From the human T2T-CHM13v2.0 reference genome, Homo sapiens, in NCBI RefSeq assembly GCF_009914755.1, contig NC_060926.1: 64,000 nucleotides of DNA, one strand, 5' to 3'. Every line of letters begins with the position of its first letter. Position 1 is the first letter of the stretch. Made by a program: the position numbers and the translations under genes. This document shows positions 48,089 to 64,000 of this stretch, in pieces. Below the pieces are notes generated by a model. That model worked only from the letters and a program-made list of their open reading frames with translations. It made no database searches and was not told where the DNA came from.

Positions 48089-48105
48089 TAGCGCCACCTA
48101 TTCCA
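48089..48105 (-). promoter_or_regulatory. CTCF-like motif
   Basis: Minus strand reads tggaatAGGTGGCGCTA; strong match to the 3' core of the CTCF motif, weak 5' part. Confidence 0.4.
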
Positions 48106-51100
48106 TTCAATGTAAAATAACTCGCTATAACCACACAAGAGAGGGAAGACTTATACAGAAGCAATATAAGATTATGTTTCCTAAACTGTTATTAAGAGAA
48201 ACTCATTTAAGGACTCCAAAAATGCTATTGTCATAATCAGATCCACTGGCTCCCCGCTCAGAATTCAGTTCCACTTTGCTTAGTCTTGGTATCCTGACTT
48301 CTGGGGAGAAACAGGTCAGCTAGCTACCTAGAAACAATTGGCTTCCCAAATGCAGGTTTTGTGGGAGCTGTGGTCACCACCCCAAGTAACCCTTGGATGG
48401 CCTGCAAATGGTGCTGATAAAGTCTGATAGTTTACCACTAATCAGTTCCCGAACATTGCCACTTCAGTAGGAGGGAGCATCCCTGGCAATGGAGTAGTCT
48501 CCTGCGGGGCTGGGGCCATGACCTGCTCAATGTCAGGCTTTTCAGCTGAGTGGACAATCTGGCTTAACAGTGGGATGCTGGAGGCAGGAACGCTGGGACC
48601 CTGGAGCACTCCTGGTCCTGTTGGTAACTTCATTTCCCAAACGTTCATAATTAAGCAGCTTTTATTGAAGTAATCAGCATGAGCTCCTTAGCTTTGTTTT
48701 TGCAACCGGTATCGTGTTTATGGAGCCAAATATTGGAGACTTTGATACTGAATACCTCCTCGGATGTGTTAACGTTGGCATGGTCTCTAGATTCTGAAGA
48801 TGCTGGGCTGCCTTAGCACAGCCTCCCCTCCAGCCCTTAGCATATCAGCCCCCGACTCCCACCCCCAAACCACAAAGCAGCAGTTCTCCTGTAAGACTCA
48901 CTTACAATATTTCTCCTGAAAGTCCCAGGGAATGATGTGCAATTGAAACAGGGTGAAATATGAGCTCAAAGTGTCTGTCGGACCAGAAGTTTTCAAAGAA
49001 AACATTTCTTAAATCTTGTGTTCACTGCTGTTTCAGCAGGCCAATTAGATTGGATGGGACTTGGGGGAAGCTGTCGCCAGTCACTGCAGCAGGAATAGCA
49101 AACAAGACTTAAAGCAAATAAACGAGCCCAAAACTGGCATCCCAGAGGCCCCTGGCCAATGACCTCCTTCATTCCCCAGGCAGGATGGCCAGCCCACCCT
49201 CTGGGACTAAGGGCCAAACTACAGGTTAATCAGATGAGACATTAGTTAGCAGCCTCGATTACTAGAAAGTAATTAATCAGGGAAAGTCTCCAAACAGAAG
49301 GAGAACAAATAAACAGGCAGGCATATGTAAGCCCATTTTGGCTCTAGATAACACTGTTATCCAGGTGTCCTGCTGGGGCAGAGACCATCTATCTTTCTCA
49401 CTTCCTCTTAGGAAATATGGCAACATTTCTCACATTTTTTCCAAAAAAAAATGAAAACCCAAGAAGGCTCTGAATGAGAAAGAGATAGGAGACTATGGAA
49501 AAATTATTTCAGGAAAAGCTCTGAAGGGGGGATTTGTGATGAGCCTTGCGTTATCCTTTATGTCTGTATTGATTGCATGTAAGTCCTGCCTTATTTTGAC
49601 ATTTCAAAAAAGTTTGGTGTGGGTTTCCAAACTCCTACCCATTTGGAGACAACCAAGGACTCAGGTGGTGTTCTTAGCGTTCAAGGAGTCCATTGGTTTC
49701 TTAGCCCTTCAAAACTCTAGCCAGCTTAAAAGACTGCTGGGAAAGATTTTTTTAAAAATCAGATCTTCTGATATTACTGGTTTCTTCTTCAACTTTGATT
49801 AGGACTGAGGATAATTGGAAAGAATGGGAACACAATGTAGTTAATCCAAGTAGAAAGTGTCAGCCATTGGTCCAGTTTGACCTGACCTATCACATCAAAT
49901 AGAATCATTTGTCCGTGTTGCATCTTTTTTCTTCTGGAGGAACAAAAAAAAAATGTCAGCAACTTGAGAATGTGTGTAATGTAAACACGGCTGTGTTAGC
50001 TCAGCGTCAGGAAAAGCACACCCAAACGTAAGTCAGCACAGGACATCCTCCGCTCCCAAGACAAGCGCAATGGTTTTAACCTAATGACCTGCTCTTAAAC
50101 AGCTCTACAGAAAATCACAATTAAATAAATACCACTTAATAGTAGAGATTTGTTTCGCTGCCAGAGTATTTGTGGGAAGAGAAAGAGGAGGTTGGATGAA
50201 TCACTTAATCTTTAATTATAAAATTAAGGTAGTTTCCAAATATTGTTATGAATTCAACCTCAAGCTAACTTTTAAAAATACCACAAAAATGGGTTAGAGA
50301 CATTCTGGAACAAAACAAAAAGGCAGAGAATAGAAGCTATGGAGAGACAGTATACCAAGAGTTGAAGTTGCACTGTTTTATTGGCTTAAACTAAAGTTAA
50401 GCCTAGTGGCTTTCCTTCAGCCCAGTTGTTAGGAATGTCAGACCAGAGCTATATAAAAATCACAACACATACACCAGTGAACGAATGAAAAATGCAGCCC
50501 CATGTGTTGCTGTGGAATAGTACAGGACAGGGGGTCAGGAGTGCTGAAGTCAAGGCCTGGCTCTGCTGCCTTCTGGAGCACCAGGAAGGAATTAACTGGA
50601 ATGGAAGAGGGAGAGCTGTTATATCTTATAAGTGACACAGAGTAATCAGAAAAGCACTTCCAGAATCCAGTGACTTGGTCAGCCTTTTCCAAAAAGGGCA
50701 CACAGGCAAAAGTGATATGCTTTTTTGCTTAAGAGCTTATCCTTCCTCTCTTCCTACCCTCTCTGGAAAGCCTCACTCTCCATGTTTTTTCCCATCTTAT
50801 TTTTTAATTAAGATGTTTTCAAATAATGTCTCTCATTGTTTCAAGTAGATGCCAATACTTGTATCTTTGAGCAGGTGACCTGGTGAAGGCTTTGTGATCT
50901 CCAAGAAAATCCAATCGTACGTTTTTGTCACCCCCACAGGCCTTTTCACCTGCAAGAAACCGATGATTGTGCCCACAGGAAAACTGGGGCTTAATGGACA
51001 ACTGAGTCCTGCAAAACCTTTTCCTCTTAGTGCCACAAGAAATCCCTAAAAATCTAGCCTTTCCAGAAACAGCTACAAGTCCTTCTTCTCTAATTGCACA

Positions 51101-53166
51101 CCATTGTTGAGATCCAGAAAGACCCTCACTCTGCCAGTTGGCCACACTCTTCCACACAGGCAAAGGAAAGCCCATGAGATAGTAAGCACCACTCCGGAGC
51201 ACTGCCTCCCCCTAAATCAACTTCTCAAAACTTACCAGTTAGGCATTCACTGATTATGTCATGAGAAATCAAAGTCTTTATAAGAGCAGTTGCCATGTTT
51301 TCTTCATGATGGCATCTCCACTCCAAGTACATGGAAGGCATGAACATAATACATGTCATTCACTTCACATTTACCAAGCAGCTCCCTGAGCCCAACCCTT
51401 TGTTGTCTCTGAACATCCATGAAAAGAAGACGCAGCCCCTCTGTTAAAGAAGCTTAGAATCTAATAAGGGACACAAATATAAATGGATCATTTTAATTCT
51501 GAATGACATGTTATGCTGGATATAGCAGAAGGATTAATAAATCTATCCCTTAACCCATGTCAGATGTAGTTGAAAGGTGGGTATCTCTTTTCTTTAATCC
51601 ATGCTAATGGTCTCCATGTCATGTTGATCTCTAGAAAAGCACTCACCAAAGCAAGACATAGCAAATAGTTCTTTCTGAGGGCTTTAACAGCAGTTCAAAC
51701 TCCAGATTGGGGATGATAGCTCTAAGTCACTCGGATGGTCAGACTGTGCTTGAAGATCCCACACATGCAGAAGGACCATGAGAAATGAGAACATACTCAG
51801 GGAAGGACGAACAAGATGGTGAGTTACACTCAAAGCCATGTCTAAGACAGAAGAGAGCCAAGATATTCTAGCTGGGCAAAAGACTCAGAAGATCTCTGAG
51901 TAATCTGTATGTGCCTCAAGGGGAAAAGCTATGTAGTGCTTATGTGGTGCAGCCTCATATGATTGTGCAAGTGATGGTTTCTGTGAATGGGGCTCCCTGG
52001 AGTTGTGTAGTATACAACTGTAAAATCACACTGTAGCCCCATGCTCATCTCTACATGAAGAGCAGCGTTTTGATGAATGTTTGATGAATGAAACTCTTTG
52101 CTCTCTTCAAATAAGTGAAAAGCTACTTGCAAAAGATAGAGCAGATCTTTCATTGCTTTAGTTGTTTCCCAAGATGGCAAAAGTAATGCCAGTGGGTACA
52201 AAAGCCAGAGAGAGATAAAAGCTTTTCAAGTTCAGAAGAATTTTCTATGAAGCAACACAGCCGAATAATGAAAGAGGATGACTAGAGGACAGCTGTGAGC
52301 TCCTCTCACCAACCCTCAACCTTAGTAGAGAGGAGATGAGTGGTTTTCGGGATTGGTGGAGAATATTCCATTTTTAGAAAAGGAAGTGGAGGTTGGGCTA
52401 AAGTCCAAGGCTGCATGTAGTTCCTAATAAAGAGCAAATTGTTGTAAAATGGCACTACTTGGAGCTTCCAATGCCTGGCAGGAGGTAACCATGAGCCTAA
52501 GTGGCACCTGAAAGAGTTAAATTTACATTCAGCTCCAAAACAATTTTAAGTTATTTCTTGTCAAATCAAATGCTTCCAAATGACTTCTCAAGTCAGAAAA
52601 TGCCAAGCATTACCACGTGGGCTTGCTCAGCAGGCAGAGGGGCCCGCAATGCTGTTTGACGGCATTCTGCACACAGTGGAAGAAGGACCATGTCGCATTC
52701 CTCCTAATCTGATGAATCCTTGCCATAAATTCAGCCCAGGCAACCAGTGGGGTGGCTGCTGGCTCACAGAGAAGGGGAGGGGGCCACTTTACAAGAGCCA
52801 GAGGAGACAGCAGGCAGCCAAGCCCTCCACAAGAAGCTAGTAAATCAGCAGTCAGTGGAAGCTATATGTGGAAAAGACAGGTCCACCTACACAGTCTTCT
52901 AGGGGGCCCAGAGCACAGGTGAACATAGGCAAGAGAGGAAGAGAGTGTGCTCTGGGTCAACTAGTAGCTGTGGGATCCTGGGACCCACATAGTGAGGGTG
53001 TGATACAGCACAATTTGACGAACTCTTCCTGGATGATTTCTGCATACTGGGTGTCAGACCAGCAAGCACCATGCTGGATGTTGAAAATACAGACCCATTG
53101 ACAGAGAAGATATCTGCCAATTAGCAGCTCACATTCCAGAAGAGAGATCCATTTAAGGAAAAAGAT

Positions 53167-53516
53167 TGCATTAGTCTGCTATGACAAAATACCATAGACT
53201 GGGTGGCTTAAAAAACAGCCATTTATTTCCTCACAGTTCTTGAGGCTAGGAAGTATCAGATCCAGGTCCTGCAGGGTCAGGTTCTAGTGAGGATTCACTT
53301 CCTGATTTGGAGATGACCACTAATGCTCACAAGGGGAAGAGACCATGAGCTCTCTCAGGTCTCATCTTATAAGGACACAAATTCTATTGAATCAGGGTCT
53401 CAGCTTTCCAACCTTAATTACCTCCATAAAGGCCCTAACTCCAAATACAGATATGCCAAAGGCTGAGGCTTCAATATATGAATTTTTCAGGGAATAAAAA
53501 CATCCAGTCCATAGCA
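53167..53516 (-). mobile_element. MLT1A-type solo MaLR LTR inside an L2 relic
   Basis: aaaataccatagactgggtggctta...tcacagttct...ttataaggacac...cagtccatagca; TG...CA termini. Confidence 0.88.
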
Positions 53517-53699
53517 GGGCTCTATAAAACACATTCTAATAAGAGGTACTAGATGCTATCATACAATTCAGCGAAGCCTTGTAGAGTCACGCATCTGACC
53601 AAGTGGCTTGGGAGTACAGGAGAATAATCAGGAAAAATGTCATAGAAGAGGCACCTGACTGAATAAGCAAGTCACTCAGTGAAAAAACAGAAGAGGGAA

Positions 53700-53890
53700 C
53701 CCACATAGGACGGTGGTTGAGAGTACATGCCTGGAGTTGAGCTGCCTGGGTTGAAACCCTCCTCTGATCCTACTAGTTCTGTGATCCTAGATAAGCACTA
53801 GAACCTCTCTATGAGCCTCAGTTTTCTTGGCTATAAAATGGAAATAATAGAGCCTGTTTGACAGAGTTGTTGTAGGCTTAGCCAACAGCA
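53700..53890 (+). mobile_element. MIR SINE
   Basis: gtggttgagag...gctgcctgggttgaaaccc...gagcctcagttttc...taaaatggaaataatag. Confidence 0.8.
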
Positions 53891-54899
53891 CTAGCTAATA
53901 TTACATAGCATCCCGGGCAGAGCATGGCTGATGGCCTGTAAATCTCATGAGTCCTGTTTGGGAAAGGGCAAGTACTTCAATGTGGCTTGGCTTAGGGAAC
54001 ATTAAGGAGGGTACAAGGACATGGGTGAGCTTAGATTGGAAATTTATTTAATGTTATGCCAATGAGCTTGACCTTTATCCTCAGAGCTCTTGGGAGCCTT
54101 TGGGGGAAGAGTCCTCCAAAGTCACATAAGGAGAAATAGATTTTAGGAGATGGCTCTGGAGTCTGAGTGAGGTGGGAGCTGAAGAGGAAATGGGGTAGGA
54201 ACAAGGCTTAGTGCCCTAGATGGCATCCAGGAAACCTGCCCCAACGCCAACTCCGCCTGGCAGCCAAATCCCTTTCCACTTCAATAAGCACTGGCTGAAC
54301 CATGACATGTGCAGCCCTGTGTCAAGGCTGTCACTGAAACCCTAGTCCCAACCCTAATCTACTCAAGGGTTCAGAATCCTCCACAGTCTTTGCAACACAT
54401 CTTTCAGTCTTTCCCCAACACTGCTCAGCAGGCAGGCTGGGGCCAGCCAAGCAGACAGGAGGGCCTTGCTGGATGGAGTAGGCTTCACACATCTTTTTCT
54501 CTTTGTTCCCTTGCTATCATTGTGGATCTTCTTGCCTTTCTCTGAATCATTCTTTCCCCATTTATTAGTACTGTGTGACCTATGGCAAGTCATTTAACCT
54601 TTCTGAGCATCCATTCCTTCATATGCCTAATATTAATATTTAATTCATAGGCATATTGTAAGGAATATTATAAACATTTAGCAAAGAATCTGGTACATGC
54701 ACTCACATTTTCCTGCAAGAAACCTAAAGCCCTCTGCCAGTATCTTTTAGTCCATGAACCTATTACTAACATTTAAGGCCACCTCTGTCCCCTCACTGTC
54801 CCCTCACTCCGCCCTCAGAAGCTAACCTATGTTACAGTCCTCTGGGGACTTTGTTTCTCCATCCCCAAACCACTCCCTGATAGAGAGGTCTCACAAGGA

Positions 54900-54946
54900 A
54901 CACACACATACACACACACCCACACACACACACACACACATACACA
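54900..54946. repeat. Imperfect (CA)n microsatellite
   Basis: Direct reading. Confidence 0.9.
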
Positions 54947-54956
54947 TGCATATATA

Positions 54957-55192
54957 TTTTAGACGGAGTCTCGGGGTTCAAGCGATTCTCCTGCCTCAGC
55001 CTCCTGAGTAGCTGGGATTACAGGCACCGGCCACTAATTTTTGTATTTATACTAATTTTTGTATTTATACTAGAGACAGGGTTTCACCATGTTTGCCAGG
55101 CTGGTCTCGAACTTCTGACCTCAGGTGATCCACCTGCTTCATTCAGCCTCCCAAAGTGCTGGGATTACAGGTGTGAGTCACTGCCCCTGGCC
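54957..55192 (-). mobile_element. AluSx-like with internal deletion and duplication
   Basis: gagtctc joined directly to ggggttcaagcg; 18-mer duplicated at 55033-55068. Confidence 0.88.
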
Positions 55193-56640
55193 ACATATTT
55201 CTTGTCTATATGTCCTCTTAGCACCTAGAATGTGAGATTGTGTGTAGATCTGAACTGGGCAAATGTCTGTGCTAATCAGGCTATGAGAGGTAAACATCAC
55301 AACACCAAGATCCATCCACCCAATGGACCATGTCCACATCCCCTTATAAGTATTTTTTTTCCTGACAATAGGCTGTAATGATTGGGCCAGAAGATAGCAC
55401 ACATTCACTGAAAACCTGCTAATAAAATGACTAGTCGCATATGGCATGGTCCCACCCAAAAACATGAGCTAAGACACTTAGGGGATTCTGTTAAGAATGT
55501 TGTTCAGATACAAAATGAATATCAGGCAGGGGGCAACAAGAAGTAAAACTGAAAGAAGTTTGAAAACCCTGGAGTCAAGAGAGCCATTGAGTAAAAATAT
55601 AGAGTTGAAGCTATGGGGGCCCACAGCAAGCAAAACTTACGAAGAACCAAAAAGTATTAGTCATAATAAAAATTCCATTATTAAAGACCTACTATGCACC
55701 ACCAACTGAGCTAGGCACTGTACAAAGATTTTTTTTTTAACAAAAAAACCGATGAGTGGGTACTATTATTAGTCCCATTTATAGAAGACATTGAGTCACA
55801 GAATGGTTAAATACTATGAGCTCTCCATTGCCTTTATTGCCTCCTCGATTTCTTACAATAAACCCTCATGCTATCCCCTATGCCCACGCTCACATTAGAG
55901 TAGCATGGGTGAATCTGCTCCTTGTAACCAAAGCAGAAAGCACTGTGGAACAAGGACTGCACACAAGACATGGAAAAACTGCAAAAGGGCGAGGACATGA
56001 AGATGCACCCCTTTACCCATGGCCTAGGCCAGCCCTAGTGTTCCAAATGGCTTCCTGGACCCCCAGCTTGTAGAAACTACCAATTCTCCTGGGCCCTGAA
56101 TGTTTGTGCCACGCACAGCCATATGCTGTCTAATACCCTTAATCTTTTACATATCATTCCTTTTCTTCCTAGCCAGCCTGCGAGCTTATGACTTGACAGA
56201 GATTATGCCTTCTCATGTTGTTTGTTCTTTCACAAATGAGAGTGCCCTAAACATTTATAGAAATCATCCCCCTGGCTCCGTTCAAAGTGCCAAGGGTCCC
56301 ACCCATGTACACAGAATCCTGCAGGGCCTTGCAAAGGCATCAGACCCCTTGGGTGTAATCTGAGAACCACTAGCAGAGTAAATAAATCCCTGCCCTGGTG
56401 GCAAATACTTCCCTTTACCTCTTCCCTTATAAAAGCAAACTTTTCCTGTCCCATCTCACAAGTGCTCTCTAATGGATTCTTTGTTTTGTTTATTCCACTT
56501 AGTTAAAGCCAAAAGCAAAAAAAAAAAAAAAAGAGAGAGAGAGAAAGAGAGAAAGTGCATGAGAAACCACCTAGCACAGTGCATGGCATAGAGTCATGAA
56601 CTCTGTGTTTCCTCCAATGTTACCTTATTTGAAAAGTGCA

Positions 56641-57545
56641 GGGGAGGAGCCAAGATGGCCGAATAGGAACAGCTCCGGTCTACAGCTCCCAGCGTCAGCA
56701 ACGCAGAAGACGGGTGATTTCTGCATTTCCATCTGAGGTACCGGGTTCATCTCACTAGGGAGTGCCAGACAGTGGGCGCAGGTCAGTGGGTGCGCGCACC
56801 GTGCGCGAGCCGAAGCAGGGCGAGGCATTGCCTCACTTGGGAAGCGCAAGGGGTCAGGAAGTTCCCTTTCCGAGTCAAAGAAAGGGGTGACGGACGCACC
56901 TGGAAAATCCGGTCACTCCCACCCGAATACTGCGCTTTTCCGACGGGCTTAAAAAACGGTGCACCACGAGATTATAACCCGCACCTGGCTCGGAGGGTCC
57001 TACACCCACGGAGTCTCGATGATTGCTAGCACAGCAGTCTGAGATCAAACTGCAAGGCGGCAGCAAGGCTGGGGGAGGGGCACCCGCCATTGCTCAGGCT
57101 TGCTTAGGTAAACAAAGCAGCCAGGAAGCTCGAACTGGGTGGAGCCCACCACAGCTCAAGGAGGCCTGCCTGCCTCTGTAGGCTCCACCTCTGGGGGCAG
57201 GGCACAGACAAACAAAAAGACAGCAGTAACCTCTGCAGACTTAAATGTCCCTGTCTGACAGCTTTGAAGAGAGCAGTGGTTCTCCCAGCACACAGCTGGA
57301 GATCTGAGAACGGGCAGACTGCCTCCTCAAGTGGATCCCTGACCCCTGACCCCCGAGCAGCCTAACTGGGAGGCACCCCCCAGCAGGGGCACACTGACAC
57401 CTCACACGGCAGGGTATTCCAACAGACCTGCAGCTGAGGGTCCTGACTGTTAGAAGGAAAACTAACAAACAGAAAGAACATCCACACCAAAAACCCATCT
57501 GTACATCACCATCATCAAAGACCAAAAGTAGATAAAACCACAAAG
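56641..57545 (+). promoter_or_regulatory. L1 5'UTR: internal sense promoter with YY1 site, antisense promoter, CpG-rich
   Basis: caagatggccg YY1 motif at about 56651-56661; many CpGs retained in 56660-57090. Confidence 0.85.
56875..57090 (-). CDS. ORF0: LINE-1 antisense ORF0, intact 71-aa frame (expression not shown)
   Basis: MAGAPPPALLPPCSLISDCCASNHRDSVGVGPSEPG...FSRCVRHPFL matches primate L1 ORF0; gcaATGG Kozak context. Confidence 0.8.
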   Translation of the reverse strand: MAGAPPPALLPPCSLISDCCASNHRDSVGVGPSEPGAGYNLVVHRFLSPSEKRSIRVGVTGFSRCVRHPFL

Positions 57546-58561
57546 ATGGGGAAAAAACAGAACAGAAAAACTGGAAACTCTAAAATGCAGAGCGCCTCTC
57601 CTCCTCCAAAGGAACGCAGTTCCTCACCAGCAACGGAACAAAGCTGGATGGAGAATGACTTTGATGAGCTGAGAGAAGAAGGCTTCAGACGATCAAATAC
57701 TCTGAGCTACGGGAGGACATTCAGACCAAATGCAAATAAGTTGAAAACTTTGAAAAAAATTTAGAAGAATGTATAACTAGAATAACCAATACAGAGAAGT
57801 GCTTAAAGGAGCTGATGGAGCTGAAAACCAAGGCTCGAGAACTACATGAAGAATGCAGAAGCCTCAGGAGCCGATGCGATCAACTGGAAGAAAGGGTATC
57901 AGCAATGGAAGATGAAATGAATGAAATGAAGCGAGAAGGGAAGTTTAGAGACAAAAGAATAAAAAGAAATGAGCAAAGCCTCCAAGAAATATGGGACTAT
58001 GTGAAAAGACCAAATCTACGTCTGATTGGTGTACCTGAAAGTGACGGGGAGAATGGAACCAAGTTGGAAAACACTCTGCAGGATATTATCCAGGAGAACT
58101 TCCCCAATCTAGCAAGGCAGGCCAACGTTCAGATTCAGGAAATACAGAGAACACCACAAAGATACTCCTCGAGAAGAGCAACTCCAAGACACATAATTGT
58201 CAGATTCACCAAAGTAGAAATGAAGGAAAAAATGTTAAGGGCAGCCAGAGAGAAAGGTCGGGTTACCCTCAAAGGGAAGCCCATCAGACTAACAGCGGAT
58301 CTCTCGGCAGAAATCCTACAAGCCAGAAGAGAGTGGGGGCCAATATTCAACATTCTTAAAGAAAAGAATTTTCAACCCAGAATTTCATATCCAGCCAAAC
58401 TAAGCTTTATAAGTGAAGGAGAAATAAAATCCTTTACAGACAAGCAAATGCTGACAGATTTTGTCACCACCAGGCCTGCCATAAAAGAGCTCCTGAAGGA
58501 AGCGCTAAACATGGAAAGGAACAACCGGTACCAGCCGCTGCAAAATCATGCCAAAATGTAA
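57546..58561 (+). pseudogene. L1 ORF1p, frameshifted
   Basis: MGKKQNRKTGNSK start; frame lost near 57697 (gatcaaatactc vs remembered consensus gatcaaattactc); C-terminal 248 aa open. Confidence 0.93.
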
Positions 58562-58609
58562 AGACCATCGAGACTAGGAAGAAACTGCATCAACTAACAA
58601 GCAAAATAA

Positions 58610-62446
<3,837 letters not shown>

Positions 62447-63055
62447 ACAATGAGATCACATGGACACAGGAAGGGGAATATCACACTCTGGGGACTGTGG
62501 TGGGGTGGGGGGAGGGGGGAGGGATAGCATTGGGAGATATACCTAATGCTAGATGATGAGTTAGTGGGTGCAGCGCACCAACATGGCACATGTATACATA
62601 TGTAACTAACCTGCACAATGTGCACATGTACCCTAAAACTTAAAGTATAATAAAAAACAAAACAAAACAAAACAGATAAGTGCAATGTTTAGTGTTTTAA
62701 ATGGCCCCAAAAATAATTGGGCAGCGGGTGCCATTGCCAAGAAGCTTGCTTCTCAGCATGTGTGCAGACTTGCCGCATGTAAGCAAGAACAATATAAACT
62801 TCAGGCACTTATCTCTGGGGCCCCCAGATGGTCCCCTTAGAGAGTTATCAAGGGAGAGTTAGACTAGTGCACACCACCCAAGTAGGGGTCCAGCTCAGGA
62901 TTCATTTGCAGGTTCAGCCTCAGAAGAAATTGCTTCTACTGGGCTGGGCTGATGAAGTAAGCCTTGACTTCAGAAAATAGCAGATGCTGGTATTTGTCAA
63001 GCTGAAAGCCTCATGCAAAATCCAAAGTAGTAAGAAAGGAATCCAAAACATTTCC

Positions 63056-63250
63056 AAAATTAAAAAATTAGCCAGGCATGGTGGTGTGTGCCTGTAGTCA
63101 CAGCTACTGGGGTGGCTGAGGCAAGAGGATCAATTGAGCCCAGGAGGTCGAGGCTACAGTGAACCTTGATTGCTGTATTCACTGCACTCCAGCCTGGACA
63201 ACAGAGAACCCTGCTTCAAAAAACAAATAAGCAAACAAACAACAACAACA
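63056..63250 (+). mobile_element. Right-monomer-only AluJ/FRAM-like element
   Basis: aaaattagccaggcatggtgg...ttgagcccaggaggtcgaggct...; tail decayed to (CAA)n; TSD aaacatttccaaa / aacaatttccaaa. Confidence 0.85.
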
Positions 63251-64000
63251 ACAATTTCCAAATCCAAGAAATCAAAGTCAAGCTATGAAGACTGGAGCAT
63301 GAACAGCAGGTAGGGTCAACAGAAGTGGGAATAGCAAAGGTGAAGTGGGAACAAGGACTTTCAGAGTGATTGTCTATGCAGTGTTCTGCAAACATTTTTA
63401 AGTTCAAAAGTAGATGAACTCTTTTTACAAATAAAAGCATATATGAAACCCTAACACCTAGATTTTTAAAATCCATTTTTATTAATAAATTAGGTATATT
63501 TACCAATTATAAAGACAATTGATAAGAATGATTAACTTTATTAACATAAAAATGTGTAATCAAAGATGACAGCCACAGCTTTATGTCACCCTCAGCATCC
63601 CACTTATTTTAGTATTTTGTTTTGATTCTATAGTTTCAAAGGCTTTGTAAAAATCCTGGTCACATAAACAAGGTTTTGTAAATGATAATGGTTCTTTTCA
63701 ACTAATTGCTTTGCAATGAGAATAACTTAGACAGCAATGGTAGGAAAGGCTTTATTTTGAAATCTACAAAAAAATGAACAAATATATTGAAGAACAAATC
63801 AAATTTACACAACCACTAAAAGAGAGATCCCTTTGGTTTAAAAATCCCCAACTAAGAACATCTGATATTTGCCACTTGAGTCACAGACTGGCATAGGCTG
63901 GAAGCACTGGCCAGTTGGCCTGTCGTAAGTTTCTTTCTATACAGAGAAGACAACAGCCAAAGAGGCCCCTGGTGGGGAACTGGTGAACAACCCAACAGTT

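Noticed and set aside
48442-48648. 68-aa Pro-rich ATG ORF inside the repeat-poor island
   Set aside because: No recognisable homology; cannot be supported without conservation or Ribo-seq data
51555-51970. Possible old LTR relic
   Set aside because: Could not assign a family or termini with confidence

Overview
Primate genomic DNA, most likely human or African great ape (it holds AluY copies and a full-length L1PA2-type element lacking the 129-bp 5'UTR segment). I found no supportable host protein-coding exon, RNA gene, CRISPR array or prokaryotic feature, so the window reads as intergenic or deep intronic. It is dominated by retrotransposons: one full-length but ORF1/ORF2-disrupted L1PA2 (56641-62674) with an intact antisense ORF0; about ten truncated L1s, three of them 5'-inverted (twin-primed); ten Alus; solo LTRs (MER61-like, LTR33-like, MLT1); MER5A; and many MIR/L2 relics. 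Almost all long ORFs in the track are L1 fragments. I cannot support a new biological system. The best observations are DNA-repair and integration scars readable in the sequence, above all a 116-bp inverted copy of a segment about 1.3 kb away inserted into an AluSc with template-switch junctions. Others are snap-back insertions, a perfect microsatellite palindrome, and a repeat-poor motif-rich stretch at about 48-50.3 kb. Subfamily calls come from remembered diagnostic motifs, not a RepeatMasker run, and old-repeat boundaries are approximate.
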